Below are positions 39,374 to 49,444 of a DNA stretch of 64,000 nucleotides, one piece after another. The position numbers were made by a program, and so were the translations under genes. The DNA is taken from NCBI GenBank assembly GCA_009392515.1, contig VFGE01000031.1:604-64603 (forward strand), written 5' to 3'. Position 1 is the stretch's first letter. Each line of letters starts with the position of its first letter. Source of the stretch: SAR202 cluster bacterium (GTDB lineage: Bacteria; Chloroflexota; Dehalococcoidia; Lucifugimonadales; UBA6952). The notes under the pieces are model-generated. The model was not told where the DNA came from, did no database searches, and saw only the letters and a program-made list of their open reading frames with translations.

Positions 39374-42006
39374 TAGCCACCTAGTTGTTTGATAATTATT
39401 TCTTCATTCATATTTATTGCTTCGTTTACTTTAGAGATATCCTTGCCGCCTCCAGTAGCCATATTAGGTTTACCACCTCCGCCTCCTTGTAAGAACTTTG
39501 AAGATTCTTTAATTGCGGCAACAGCAACAGCTCCTTTTTCTACTAAGTCATCTGTAATTACTAGTAATGTATGAGGTTTATTGTCGATAATAGCACCTAA
39601 GTTAATAATTCCGGATTTGATATTATCTCTAAGTAAATCGGCAATATTTTTTATATCTTGTGGGTTAAAAACATTTACCATGCTTGTAATAATTTCGATA
39701 TTATTGATAATTTTCATTTTTGAGGATAATTCTTTGGCTTGATTTACAAATTGTGTTTGTTGATAAGAATTTAAACTTGATTTAAGGTTTTTATTTTCTT
39801 GTAATATAGAATCTAATCTAGATTCGATTGTAGTTATATTTGTTTCAAGTATCTGTGCTATTCGTGTAAGAGTAAATTGATCATTTATCGAATATTCCGA
39901 AGCTGTTTCTCCTGATATAGCTTCAATTCTTCTCATGCCAGAACCAATATTTGTTTCATTAATTATTTTTATATAACCGATTTGCCCAGTGTTGTCTAAA
40001 TGTGTACCACCGCAAACTTCTATACTAAATGGTTCACCTGTTGCTATTGTAACCATTCTGACTTCACTTCCATAACGATCTCCAAAAAAAGCGAGAGCTC
40101 CGTTAGCGACTGCATCTCTATATGTTGTTATGTTTGTTGAAATAGAATGATTATTTCTCACTTGTGTATTTGCAAGGTTTTCAACAGCTTTTATTTCTTC
40201 TAAAGACATGCTACCAATATGAGTAAAATCAAATCTTAATCGATCATTTCCTACGCTAGAACCTGCCTGTCTTACATGTGTACCTAATATTTCTCTAAGG
40301 CTACTATGTAATATGTGAGTTGCTGTATGGTTTCTGGAAGTTCCTTGTCGGTAGATACTATCTACATTGGCTGTACTATCTTCAGTAGTAAATACAGTCC
40401 CATTCGCAACGTAACCTTTATGGGAAATTATTCCAGGTATTGGTGATTGCGTATCTTCAACAACAAATGTTCCGGTTTTAGTTTGTATATATCCCTTATC
40501 TCCGAGTTGACCTCCTGCTTCTGCATAGAAAGGTGTAGAAGAAAGAATTATTTCTCCATTTTGGTTAGATTCAAGTTTTTCTATTTGCTGACCGTTAGAA
40601 ATAATTGCGATTATTTTAGAATTCCCCTCAATTTTCTCGTATCCAATAAATGAAGATTCAGAATTTATAGAGTTGTATATCTTGTTTGCTTCAATATCTC
40701 CAGTAAAATCAGCGCTTGATCTAGCCTTAGTTTTTTGACCTTCCATTAATTGTTCGAAATTATCTGTATCAAGATTAACACCATTTTCTTCAGCAACTTC
40801 CTTGGTAACTTCAATTGGAAACCCATAAGTGTCATGTAGTTTGAATATTTCTTCTCCCGGTATAACTCCGTTGTTTATGCCTTGTTCAATTAGTTGCATA
40901 AGATAGTCATATCCTCGGTCTAGAATTTTAGAAAATTGTAGTTCTTCTTGGTCTAATACTTTGTAAATAAATTTTTCTCCTGCAATTAGATCAGGATAGT
41001 GCTGACCCATTGTTTCAATTACCGTTTTTGAAACTTGGTTTAGGCATAAATCATTAGATTCAGGATAAATCTTTTTTGAAAATCTAATTGCTCTTCTTAT
41101 CAATCTTCGTAATACATAACCTCTTCCTTCATTACTAGGAACTACACCATCAGCTATAAGGAAAGTCGCAGATCGTACATGTTCTGCAATTACTCTAATG
41201 GCATAATCAGTATCAGTATTAGAACCATATTTTGTTTTATATATAACCTCAACCTTTTCGATTATTGGAATAAATAAATCTGTTTCATAAAGTGAATTTA
41301 CTTTTTGTAAAATCATTGCTGCTCTCTCAAGACCCATTCCTGTATCGATATTTGGATTAGGTAATGGGGTTCTATTTCCTTCCAAATCTTGAAAGTATTG
41401 CATAAAAACAAGATTCCATAATTCCAAAAATCTCGCACAGCAATTTGGTCCACAATTATCATCATTATTTGCTGTACATGGTCCACCAAAATCATAATGC
41501 AATTCACTACAGGGTCCACAAGGACCTTCTGCACCAGCTGGTCCCCAAAAATTATCAGAATCTCCGAATCTACGTATTCTATTTTCTGGAATTCCAGCAT
41601 TTATCCATAAATTAAGTGCTTCATCGTCATCGGTATAAATAGTTGCCCATAACTTTTCTTTTTCTAGTCCTAAATAGTTTGTTACAAAATCAAGAGACCA
41701 GATAATCGCTTCTTTTTTAAAATAATCACCAATACTAAAGTTTCCTAACATTTCAAAGAATGTAAGATGAGTTTCGTCTCCAACTTCTTCTAAGTCAGTT
41801 ACTCTGAAGCACTTTTGAGAACTGGTGAATCTGGTAATATCAGTGGAAATTTCTCCAGTAAAATATGGTTTAAATTGAACCATACCAGCTGTAGTTAATA
41901 ATAATGTGGGATCTTCAGCAGGAATTAATGAAGAACTTGGCATTATTTGATGTTTTTGATTTTCAAAAAAATCTAAGTATTTTCTTCTTATTTCTGAACT
42001 AAGCAT
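39373..42006 (-). CDS. alaS: alanine--tRNA ligase
   Basis: Full-length AlaRS with the SSEIRRKYLDFF start region, an HxxxH editing domain (HTATHILH), CGGTH and a DHHA1-like C-terminus. The track ORF starts at TTG 42024. ATG 42006 (MLSSEIRR), preceded by GAAAGG, is preferred. Confidence 0.95.
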   Translation of the reverse strand: MLSSEIRRKYLDFFENQKHQIMPSSSLIPAEDPTLLLTTAGMVQFKPYFTGEISTDITRFTSSQKCFRVTDLEEVGDETHLTFFEMLGNFSIGDYFKKEAIIWSLDFVTNYLGLEKEKLWATIYTDDDEALNLWINAGIPENRIRRFGDSDNFWGPAGAEGPCGPCSELHYDFGGPCTANNDDNCGPNCCARFLELWNLVFMQYFQDLEGNRTPLPNPNIDTGMGLERAAMILQKVNSLYETDLFIPIIEKVEVIYKTKYGSNTDTDYAIRVIAEHVRSATFLIADGVVPSNEGRGYVLRRLIRRAIRFSKKIYPESNDLCLNQVSKTVIETMGQHYPDLIAGEKFIYKVLDQEELQFSKILDRGYDYLMQLIEQGINNGVIPGEEIFKLHDTYGFPIEVTKEVAEENGVNLDTDNFEQLMEGQKTKARSSADFTGDIEANKIYNSINSESSFIGYEKIEGNSKIIAIISNGQQIEKLESNQNGEIILSSTPFYAEAGGQLGDKGYIQTKTGTFVVEDTQSPIPGIISHKGYVANGTVFTTEDSTANVDSIYRQGTSRNHTATHILHSSLREILGTHVRQAGSSVGNDRLRFDFTHIGSMSLEEIKAVENLANTQVRNNHSISTNITTYRDAVANGALAFFGDRYGSEVRMVTIATGEPFSIEVCGGTHLDNTGQIGYIKIINETNIGSGMRRIEAISGETASEYSINDQFTLTRIAQILETNITTIESRLDSILQENKNLKSSLNSYQQTQFVNQAKELSSKMKIINNIEIITSMVNVFNPQDIKNIADLLRDNIKSGIINLGAIIDNKPHTLLVITDDLVEKGAVAVAAIKESSKFLQGGGGGKPNMATGGGKDISKVNEAINMNEEIIIKQLGG

Positions 42007-42069
42007 TATGGCCTTTCGGTTCAATATTGTTAAGATTATTTATAAAAGATTACTCCTGTAAATGGTTTT

Positions 42070-42098
42070 TTGACAAGCATTCTCTTTCTAGGTATTTA
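42070..42098 (+). promoter_or_regulatory. candidate promoter for GNAT gene (possibly leaderless transcript)
   Basis: TTGACA (42070-42075), a 17-nt spacer, then TATTTA (42093-42098). The ATG at 42105 lies about 7 nt downstream of the -10 and has no SD. Confidence 0.3.
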
Positions 42099-42104
42099 AT
42101 CTTT

Positions 42105-42569
42105 ATGACAGTAGAATATAATGTGCTAATGGAAAATAACACAAAAGTAACGCAGGCTATTACAGAAAAAGATCAACAAGATTGTTTTTCGATTCGAATT
42201 GAAGTTTTTGTTGAAGAACAAGGTGTTCCTAGCGAAGAAGAACTAGATGAATTAGATGAAACTTCTTTTCATGCTATAGCTCGTATTAATACTTATCCTG
42301 TTGGAACTGGTAGGCTTATACCTGAAGGTAATAATAATGGAAGAATTGGAAGAATGGCTGTTCGAAAAGATTATAGAAGATTTGGTATAGGAGGGTTAGT
42401 TTTAACGTATTTGGAAGAAATAGCAGTGAATAAAGGTATAACACGAATTACTTTGGATGCTCAAGAATATGTTAAACAATTTTATTTAGATCATGGATAT
42501 CACGTACAGGGTGATGTATTTTTAGAGGTGGGGATTCCACATGTTACAATGGTTAAAATTATAAATTAA
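42105..42569 (+). CDS. GNAT-family N-acetyltransferase
   Basis: It has the acetyl-CoA-binding motif RMAVRKDYRRFGIGGLVL. The track ORF begins at TTG 42027, inside the alaS-GNAT intergenic region. ATG 42105 or 42129 is more plausible. Confidence 0.8.
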   Translation: MTVEYNVLMENNTKVTQAITEKDQQDCFSIRIEVFVEEQGVPSEEELDELDETSFHAIARINTYPVGTGRLIPEGNNNGRIGRMAVRKDYRRFGIGGLVLTYLEEIAVNKGITRITLDAQEYVKQFYLDHGYHVQGDVFLEVGIPHVTMVKIIN

Positions 42570-42579
42570 GGAGATAAAT

Positions 42580-43593
42580 ATGAAAGTTTACTGTGGTTTG
42601 CCGAGAGATAATTTAAAAGATATTCCTAAACTTGCTCAAGCAGCAGAAGAGTTAGGTTTCGATGGCATATCTTTTGGAGAATTAGCACATGATTCATTTT
42701 TGTTATCAACTTTGGCTTTAGAACATACAAAAAAAATAAAGGTTGGTACCTCTATAGCTATTGCTTTTGCCCGAAGCCCAATGGTTTCTGCTTACATGTC
42801 ATGGGATTTACAGCGGATGTCTGATGGTAGGTTTGAATTAGGATTAGGTTCACAGGTGAAAGGTCATAATGAACGACGATTTGGAGTTCAGTGGTCTGCT
42901 CCTGCACCGCGTATTAAGGAATATGTTGAATCTATACGTGCAATTTGGGATTGTTGGCAAAATGGATCACCGTTAAATTATCAAGGAAAACATTATTCAA
43001 TTACTTTGATGACCCCAGAATTTAATCCTGGTCCTTTAGATTGTGAACAACCTCCAATTTATATAGCTGCTGTTGGTGAAGCTATGACTAGAGTCGCAGG
43101 TAATGTTTGTGATGGGATACTTTTGCATAGTTTTAATAATAAAAGATATGTTGATGAAGTAATTTTGCCAAATATAAAAGAAGGTGCTAATTTGTCTGGA
43201 CGTAATTTAGAAGATATTTCAATATCAGGCGGTGGAATGATCGCAACAGGAGCAACCGAAGAACAAGTTACGCAACAAAGAGAAATTTGTAGAAAAAGAA
43301 TATCTTTTTATGGTTCTACCCGTAGTTATAAAACCGTTATGGATATGCATGAATGGGGAGATACCTGTCTAAGATTACATGACATGTCAAAAGAAGGTAA
43401 ATGGGATGAAATGCCCAACTTAATTGATGATACTATGGTGGATACTTTTAGTGTATCTGGGACATATAAAGAAATTGGTCCCTCTTTGAAAGAGCGTTTT
43501 GGAGGGTATGCTTCACGAATTTCAATTGGCCTTCCTTCTGATATAAAAGATTATAATGATGTTGGCGATTTACTTACATATCTACATGAATAA
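42580..43593 (+). CDS. LLM-class (luciferase-like) F420-dependent oxidoreductase
   Basis: 337 aa TIM-barrel LLM pattern (GFDGISFGELAHDSFL and LGLGSQVKGHNERRFG) with an AAGGAG SD. The cofactor assignment is by family resemblance only. Confidence 0.8.
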   Translation: MKVYCGLPRDNLKDIPKLAQAAEELGFDGISFGELAHDSFLLSTLALEHTKKIKVGTSIAIAFARSPMVSAYMSWDLQRMSDGRFELGLGSQVKGHNERRFGVQWSAPAPRIKEYVESIRAIWDCWQNGSPLNYQGKHYSITLMTPEFNPGPLDCEQPPIYIAAVGEAMTRVAGNVCDGILLHSFNNKRYVDEVILPNIKEGANLSGRNLEDISISGGGMIATGATEEQVTQQREICRKRISFYGSTRSYKTVMDMHEWGDTCLRLHDMSKEGKWDEMPNLIDDTMVDTFSVSGTYKEIGPSLKERFGGYASRISIGLPSDIKDYNDVGDLLTYLHE

Positions 43594-43613
43594 TTGATTT
43601 AAGGGGTTGTAAA

Positions 43614-43937
43614 TTGGCTTTAGAAATAGTTGGTTTTGTATTAGCTTTTATGATGGGGGCTTGCATTGCTAATGGTATTCCTCATTATACCAAAGGAGTG
43701 ACTGGTCAATCTCACATGACAGTTTTTAGCAAACTTTCTTCCCCTATAGTAAATGTGTTGTGGGGATTATTTAATTGGTTGCTAGCATTTATTTTATACT
43801 TATTATTAAATTCCTTAATTGATAATTTTACTAATATACATATGATTATTACTATTGGTGGGGGAGTATTTATTTCTTTACGTTTAGCTAAATTATGGAG
43901 TGACCCTAACGCTAAATTGCCATGGCATAAAGAGTAA
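43614..43937 (+). CDS. small integral membrane protein, unknown function
   Basis: 107 aa with three predicted hydrophobic helices and a TTG start. I recognised no motif. Confidence 0.45.
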   Translation: MALEIVGFVLAFMMGACIANGIPHYTKGVTGQSHMTVFSKLSSPIVNVLWGLFNWLLAFILYLLLNSLIDNFTNIHMIITIGGGVFISLRLAKLWSDPNAKLPWHKE

Positions 43938-43954
43938 AAGGTTTATATTTTTCT

Positions 43955-45604
43955 ATGAATAATATATTTTTAGTTGGTTTTTCAGGTACTGGTAAATCGG
44001 AAATTGGACCGATTGTTTCTAATATACTGTCATACAAATTTATAGACCTTGATACCGAGATAGTTAAATATTTCAATAAATCTATTGATAAGATATTTTC
44101 AGAAGATTCGGAAGAGGTATTTCGAAAGAAAGAAAGTGAATTATTAGAATATTATGGATCTTCATCACAACTTGTTATAGCCACTGGTGGTGGGGCTATA
44201 ATTTATAATGATAATTATGAATTAATGAAATCTAATGGTTTCATTGTTTGCTTAGAAGCAACTCCACAAACTATATACAATAGACTTACAAGTGAGGATG
44301 GAAAAAACGAAATACGACCAGTTCTAAAAGATAATGTAAATATAGATTCCATCACGAATATAAAAAACAAAAGACAAAAATATTATGCTAAGTCTGATTG
44401 GACTATACATACTGATAATCTAACACCTTACCAATCTGCTGAAGAGGTATCAAAAATATACAAAACTTTTGTTAATTTAGATACTTCAAAGTTCATTCAG
44501 AAAGATATGAAAGCCGATTTAGCTGGAATAGTTACTTATACTAATGGAGTTTGCCCTATATATTCCGGTTGGGATATATATAAGGATATTCCGAAAATTT
44601 TTTCACGATTAAATATTCAAGGCAATTTATTTCTAATTTCTGATACCAATGTATATAGCTTATATGGTCAAGAAGTAGAAAAATATATTGCTTCTACAGG
44701 TAAACAAGTTTTTTCTCATGAGTTAGAACCTGGGGAACATAATAAAACCTTTGATGCAATATCTAATGTCTATAGTTGGCTAGCAGAATCAAAGGCACAA
44801 AGACGAGATACTATTGTTGCCTTAGGTGGTGGAGTAGTTGGAGATATGGCCGGTTTTGTAGCAGCAACATATAACCGTGGGTTGGGATTTATACAAATTC
44901 CAACTAGCCTAGCAGCTATGGTTGATGCATCGGTTGGTGGGAAAACAGCAGTTGATTTACCAGAAGGGAAAAATCTTGTAGGCGCTTTTTATCAACCTAA
45001 AGTGGTAATTGCTGATGTATCTACTTTGAAATCTCTACCGCATCGTGAAACCATGGAGGGTTGGGCTGAGGCTATTAAACATGGATTAATATTAGATAAG
45101 CAATTATTTGAGGTTTTTGAAAACCGATATGAAGAATTATTAAATTTAGAACCTAACCTTACAACAGATGTTGTCAAACGAAGTATTCAAATAAAGGCAG
45201 AAATTGTATCTCAAGATGAAAAAGAAACTAGAGGTATTAGGACTTTATTAAATTACGGTCATACAATTGGTCATGGACTTGAAGCTGCAACTGGATATCA
45301 TCAATTATTACATGGAGAGGCAGTATCAATAGGAATGATGGGTGCTGCAATGATAGGAAACAAAATGGGTATCACAGACAGTTCTATATTAGAACGCCAA
45401 TTATCTATTTTGAAAAAGTTTGATTTACCTATATCCTTTAATAATATTACTATTGAATCAATAAAATCAGCCATGTCTCTCGATAAAAAAGCAGTAGGTT
45501 CATCGATAAATTGGGTTCTACTATCTGAGATAGGGCGAGCTGAAGTAAATTCAAATGTTGATAATTCTGTGGTGGACAGTGTTTTAGAAGAATTATCCTC
45601 TTAA
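43955..45604 (+). CDS. bifunctional shikimate kinase / 3-dehydroquinate synthase (AroK-AroB fusion)
   Basis: 549 aa. The N-terminal part has a P-loop GFSGTGKSEIG and an ATGGG lid region. The C-terminal part of about 350 aa has AroB motifs (GGGVVGDMAGFVAATYNRG, NYGHTIGHGLE). Confidence 0.92.
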   Translation: MNNIFLVGFSGTGKSEIGPIVSNILSYKFIDLDTEIVKYFNKSIDKIFSEDSEEVFRKKESELLEYYGSSSQLVIATGGGAIIYNDNYELMKSNGFIVCLEATPQTIYNRLTSEDGKNEIRPVLKDNVNIDSITNIKNKRQKYYAKSDWTIHTDNLTPYQSAEEVSKIYKTFVNLDTSKFIQKDMKADLAGIVTYTNGVCPIYSGWDIYKDIPKIFSRLNIQGNLFLISDTNVYSLYGQEVEKYIASTGKQVFSHELEPGEHNKTFDAISNVYSWLAESKAQRRDTIVALGGGVVGDMAGFVAATYNRGLGFIQIPTSLAAMVDASVGGKTAVDLPEGKNLVGAFYQPKVVIADVSTLKSLPHRETMEGWAEAIKHGLILDKQLFEVFENRYEELLNLEPNLTTDVVKRSIQIKAEIVSQDEKETRGIRTLLNYGHTIGHGLEAATGYHQLLHGEAVSIGMMGAAMIGNKMGITDSSILERQLSILKKFDLPISFNNITIESIKSAMSLDKKAVGSSINWVLLSEIGRAEVNSNVDNSVVDSVLEELSS

Positions 45605-46333
45605 TGTTGTTAGTAAAGTTAATGATGCTCCAGTCATTATTATTAAAATAATGATTCGCGTAAAAAGTTGTTGATTAATTATTGGTAGAATATTTTTCCC
45701 AATAAAATATCCAATTAACACTGATGGTATGAGGAATAAATTTGCAGCTAATGTATCACGTGTTATAAAACCACTTATAAAAAGTGATACCACAGTAACT
45801 GTATCAATGATAGAAAAATAAAGTGCTAGATTGTTTCTAAAGTCTAATTTCTCCCATTTTTGGTTGATGAGAAAAATAGTAATTGGTGGTCCAGATAAGC
45901 CCGAGGTACTCACTAATATACCACTAAAAAATCCAGCGAACATGGAGGTTAATTTCTCCCGTTTAATAATTATTGTTTTTCCTGTAAAAAGAAATAAAGC
46001 AGCTATTAAAATTATAATAGATATTATTATTTTTAATACGTACATATCTAAATTGGATAGTATGATAATTCCCAGTGGTATTCCTAAAATTGCAGAACCA
46101 GCGATAGGGAGAATTTTGTCTGGTTTTAAATATTGTTTATTTTCAATAGCGATAATATAGTCATTAATTAAAACTAAAGGCATGATTATTGGTACAATAA
46201 TTGTTAAATCTAGTACTGGCAAAAGCAAGGGCGTAGAGACCAATGCAAACCCAAAGCCAACAGTGGTTTTCACGGTTGATGCAAATAAAATAACTAAAAT
46301 TAGAATAATAATGATGTTGGTTTCTAATAACAT
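45593..46333 (-). CDS. TauE/SafE-family anion (sulfite-type) permease
   Basis: 246 aa with about 8 TM segments and duplicated 4-TM halves carrying G-rich motifs (TTVGFGFALV and SGLSGPP). Confidence 0.8.
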   Translation of the reverse strand: MLLETNIIIILILVILFASTVKTTVGFGFALVSTPLLLPVLDLTIIVPIIMPLVLINDYIIAIENKQYLKPDKILPIAGSAILGIPLGIIILSNLDMYVLKIIISIIILIAALFLFTGKTIIIKREKLTSMFAGFFSGILVSTSGLSGPPITIFLINQKWEKLDFRNNLALYFSIIDTVTVVSLFISGFITRDTLAANLFLIPSVLIGYFIGKNILPIINQQLFTRIIILIIMTGASLTLLTTLRG

Positions 46334-46408
46334 ATTTGAAATACTATCTGATTAAATCAATTTCTTTCGACTAAATTTTGAAGTAATTCATGGTATTATT
46401 ACCACGAT

Positions 46409-47191
46409 ATGGATATATTGCTTTATTTAGTGGTTTTATTATTAACTTTTCTTGGTGGATGGTTGTCTGGCTTATTTGGTGTTAGTGGGGCTGTAGTAAC
46501 TGTCCCATTTCTTTTGTATGGTCCGCAAATTCTCGGTATGCCAGCAATAGATATCAAGCAAGTTATGGCTATATCTCTGGTTCAAGGCCTAGTATCTAGT
46601 TTTACCGGGGCATTAGTTTATAAAAAGAGTGGTTTAATTGATAGAACTATTGTCATTTGGGGAGGTATGCTAGTTGCTGCAGGAGGTTTAATTGGTGGTA
46701 TTCTTTCTAAGTGGTCACCGGATACACTCTTATTATTTATTTTTGGTTCAATGTCTACAACAGCTGTTATTTTAATGCTATCGAATTCCGGAGAAAGTAT
46801 AGAAGATAAGGATAATAAATCTACGAATTATAAGATTTTAGCAATATTTTTTCCTGAAGGATTAATGGCTGGTATGGTTGGTGTTGGAGGTGGTTTTTTA
46901 ACAGTTCCAATTTTGAATAGACTAATGAAAATCCCACTACGAAACGCAATTGCGAGTTCTCTTGCGATGACATTTTTTGCAGTTTTTGCTGGATTATTAG
47001 GTAAAATTATTACTTTTCAGGTACCATTTATCCTTTCATTATTAGCAGTGGCAGGAGGAATACCTGGAGCAAAGTTAGGAACATTTGTAAATTCCAAATT
47101 AACTTTGAAAAATTTACGTTTTGGATTTGTTATATTATTGACGGTAATTTCTATAAGAATATGGTTCGATGTAGCAACAGCTATACTATAG
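46409..47191 (+). CDS. TauE/SafE-family anion (sulfite-type) permease
   Basis: 260 aa with GLFGVSGAVVTVP and GMVGVGGGFLTVP repeat motifs characteristic of the family. Confidence 0.82.
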   Translation: MDILLYLVVLLLTFLGGWLSGLFGVSGAVVTVPFLLYGPQILGMPAIDIKQVMAISLVQGLVSSFTGALVYKKSGLIDRTIVIWGGMLVAAGGLIGGILSKWSPDTLLLFIFGSMSTTAVILMLSNSGESIEDKDNKSTNYKILAIFFPEGLMAGMVGVGGGFLTVPILNRLMKIPLRNAIASSLAMTFFAVFAGLLGKIITFQVPFILSLLAVAGGIPGAKLGTFVNSKLTLKNLRFGFVILLTVISIRIWFDVATAIL

Positions 47192-48248
47192 CAAGATTTT
47201 CTTTAACTTGAGATATAACTTCTCTAGGGATTTTTTCTAAATAGGCTTCTGGTCCATTATCTGGGACAGGAGGATTGGGTATTGGATGAAGAACAACATA
47301 TTCAAACTCTATGCCTGCTTTTTCGCATTTTTTTAATATTTCAGTAATTTGAGTAACTATTTGATTTACGCCACCCATTAAGCAAAAAGCTTTTGCTAGA
47401 TTTTCAGACATAAAATCCACTGCTTTGCCACTTTCAATCAAATTGGCTGCATGATGAAAATCTGGCCAAACTAAACCTTGTTTTTTAAGTTCATCTGGGT
47501 GTGGACCATTCCAAGGAATATCTAAATTATCTACAAGCATTGGAGAATATTCGTAATAACCAGCAGCCATTGATTTACCCATTAGCATTGCATCATCTTC
47601 ATCTTCACAAAAAACGGTATGGAAAACAGTACCAAGTTTAACGTTGTTAGGATTTCTACCTGATTTTATAGCGCCTTCTTTTATTCTATTAACTGATATT
47701 TCTATATTTTTTATATCTGTACCAACTCTGATAAAAACACCGTCTGCACACGATCCTGCCATTTCTAAAGTTTTAGGTCCTCCAGCGGCCAACCATACAG
47801 GTACATTTTGAGGAAACGGAAGTTTTGCTGGTCTTGCTGCCCCAACTTCAACTTCTTCTCCAGCAAGCAGGGATTTTATTATATGAATTCCTTGTTCTAA
47901 TTCCTTTATTTTAGCAGGTTTTAGCCCAGCCAAACGTACTGCTGTATCACCTACCCCCATTCCTAATACTGTTCTATTTGGTGCAAGTTCGGCAACAGTT
48001 GCAATGCTTGAAGCTGTAACAGATGGATGCCTAGTAATAGGATTGGTTAATAACGGCCCAATAGTAATTGATTTTGTAGCTTGAGCTGCACCTGATAAAA
48101 GGACATAATTATCTCGTAATCTTAAGGGCGAGTCAGGGAGAAAAGCACAGTCCCATCCTGCCTGTTCAGCTCGAAGTACATCTAAAGCAAATGAAGAAAG
48201 AGAACTAGTATTATGTCTATTTAGTCCGAATTTGGGTATATTCATCAA
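47181..48248 (-). CDS. LLM-class flavin/F420-dependent oxidoreductase (Mer/SsuD-fold)
   Basis: 355 aa luciferase-like pattern (AEQAGWDCAFLPDS and LGMGVGDTAVRLAG). It is the last gene of a three-gene operon. Confidence 0.8.
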   Translation of the reverse strand: MMNIPKFGLNRHNTSSLSSFALDVLRAEQAGWDCAFLPDSPLRLRDNYVLLSGAAQATKSITIGPLLTNPITRHPSVTASSIATVAELAPNRTVLGMGVGDTAVRLAGLKPAKIKELEQGIHIIKSLLAGEEVEVGAARPAKLPFPQNVPVWLAAGGPKTLEMAGSCADGVFIRVGTDIKNIEISVNRIKEGAIKSGRNPNNVKLGTVFHTVFCEDEDDAMLMGKSMAAGYYEYSPMLVDNLDIPWNGPHPDELKKQGLVWPDFHHAANLIESGKAVDFMSENLAKAFCLMGGVNQIVTQITEILKKCEKAGIEFEYVVLHPIPNPPVPDNGPEAYLEKIPREVISQVKENLAIV

Positions 48249-48256
48249 TCTTATTA

Positions 48257-49435
48257 TTAGTTGTTTTTATTGGCTATTACAGATTTTATTCGTTCAGCAA
48301 CAATCACATCTTCTCCGTCATTTAGTCCAAACATATGAATATCGATAAAGTCATCATTTTTGCCGGTTACTGAAACTCTTGTCCAAATTGGTGGGTCGCC
48401 AGCTTTTAACATATCTACAATATCTTGAGCTGTATAGTTGGCATTGCTATTAGGTTTAATTCGTAAACCGAAAGGCATGTGTCCTATGACATTATCAATA
48501 ATAGAAACATCAAGAGAGGGTATGTCTTTAATTCCATTAATTATTGTCATTGTCATAGTTTCAGATTTCGATAACCTATCTTCATGATTAAGACTCATCC
48601 ATCGTTTTACTGCAGCTAAAACACCAATCATTTCTTGTCTGTCTACCTTTTGAGGTCTACCAACGCCGCGTATTCTCCGCCCTTCGTAACCTACAAAAGA
48701 CTGTAATGAAAGTTTATATATCATTTCTTTTGTTCCTAATGCTAATCCAGTAGATTGAGGAGCTCCTAAATATTTGGCTGCTATACATTGAAAATCTGCG
48801 CCCATTCTCACATATTTCCCCAAATTTTCTAAAGGATATATTTGTCCAGCTGCATCAACCATTACTGGAACATTATGTTTTTTAGCAACCTCAAGAGTAT
48901 CTTCTAGCGAAAGTGCATTTGGATCTATATTTTGTTCTACTGCATAGTAATGTACAGCAACGGTATTTTCATTGATCGCTCTTTCAAGATCATCTTTGGT
49001 TGTTTTATCTTCTGATCCAAAATCTATTAACCGAGCTCCTGCAAGTTCAAGACATCGGTCATACCAATAGTGTTGTCGTTTTTGTATTAGAATTTCATTT
49101 TTCATGCCTGTAGTATTAGGCAATTGTTGGATGAAATCATCGTTGTCGCCTGCCATAAAAGCTGCCGTAGCCAATGTTAAAGCAGAGCCAGCGCCTGAAG
49201 TTATATATGCAGCAGGAACATTTAATAGATCAGCCACTGCTGAACCTGCTTTTTCTTCTAATTCCATCAAGGGTATATAGGCTGATTCTGCTAATTCCAT
49301 AGCTTCTTTTACTTCCGGGACAGGTGTAGACCCTCCCAACATCGTAACACTTCCAATAGCATTGATTATTGGAGTGGCACCTAATGATTTATATATTTGT
49401 CCCCATTCACTATTCATATTTTTTTCCTTTATCAA
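48257..49435 (-). CDS. SelA-like PLP-dependent enzyme (COG1921 / DgaE-like family)
   Basis: 392 aa with fold-type I layout. The candidate Schiff-base lysine is in CIAAKYLGAPQSTG (compare SelA-family SGDKLLGGPQ). It lacks the long SelA N-terminal domain. Confidence 0.65.
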   Translation of the reverse strand: MIKEKNMNSEWGQIYKSLGATPIINAIGSVTMLGGSTPVPEVKEAMELAESAYIPLMELEEKAGSAVADLLNVPAAYITSGAGSALTLATAAFMAGDNDDFIQQLPNTTGMKNEILIQKRQHYWYDRCLELAGARLIDFGSEDKTTKDDLERAINENTVAVHYYAVEQNIDPNALSLEDTLEVAKKHNVPVMVDAAGQIYPLENLGKYVRMGADFQCIAAKYLGAPQSTGLALGTKEMIYKLSLQSFVGYEGRRIRGVGRPQKVDRQEMIGVLAAVKRWMSLNHEDRLSKSETMTMTIINGIKDIPSLDVSIIDNVIGHMPFGLRIKPNSNANYTAQDIVDMLKAGDPPIWTRVSVTGKNDDFIDIHMFGLNDGEDVIVAERIKSVIANKNN

Positions 49436-49444
49436 TATTTATTT

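Noticed and set aside
48257-49435. The SelA-like gene as evidence for selenocysteine decoding.
   Set aside because: The protein is shorter than bona fide SelA and lacks its N-terminal tRNA-binding domain. No selB/selD/tRNA-Sec is present in the window, and no gene here needs an in-frame TGA apart from the prfB frameshift. It is more likely a DgaE-like lyase or aminotransferase.
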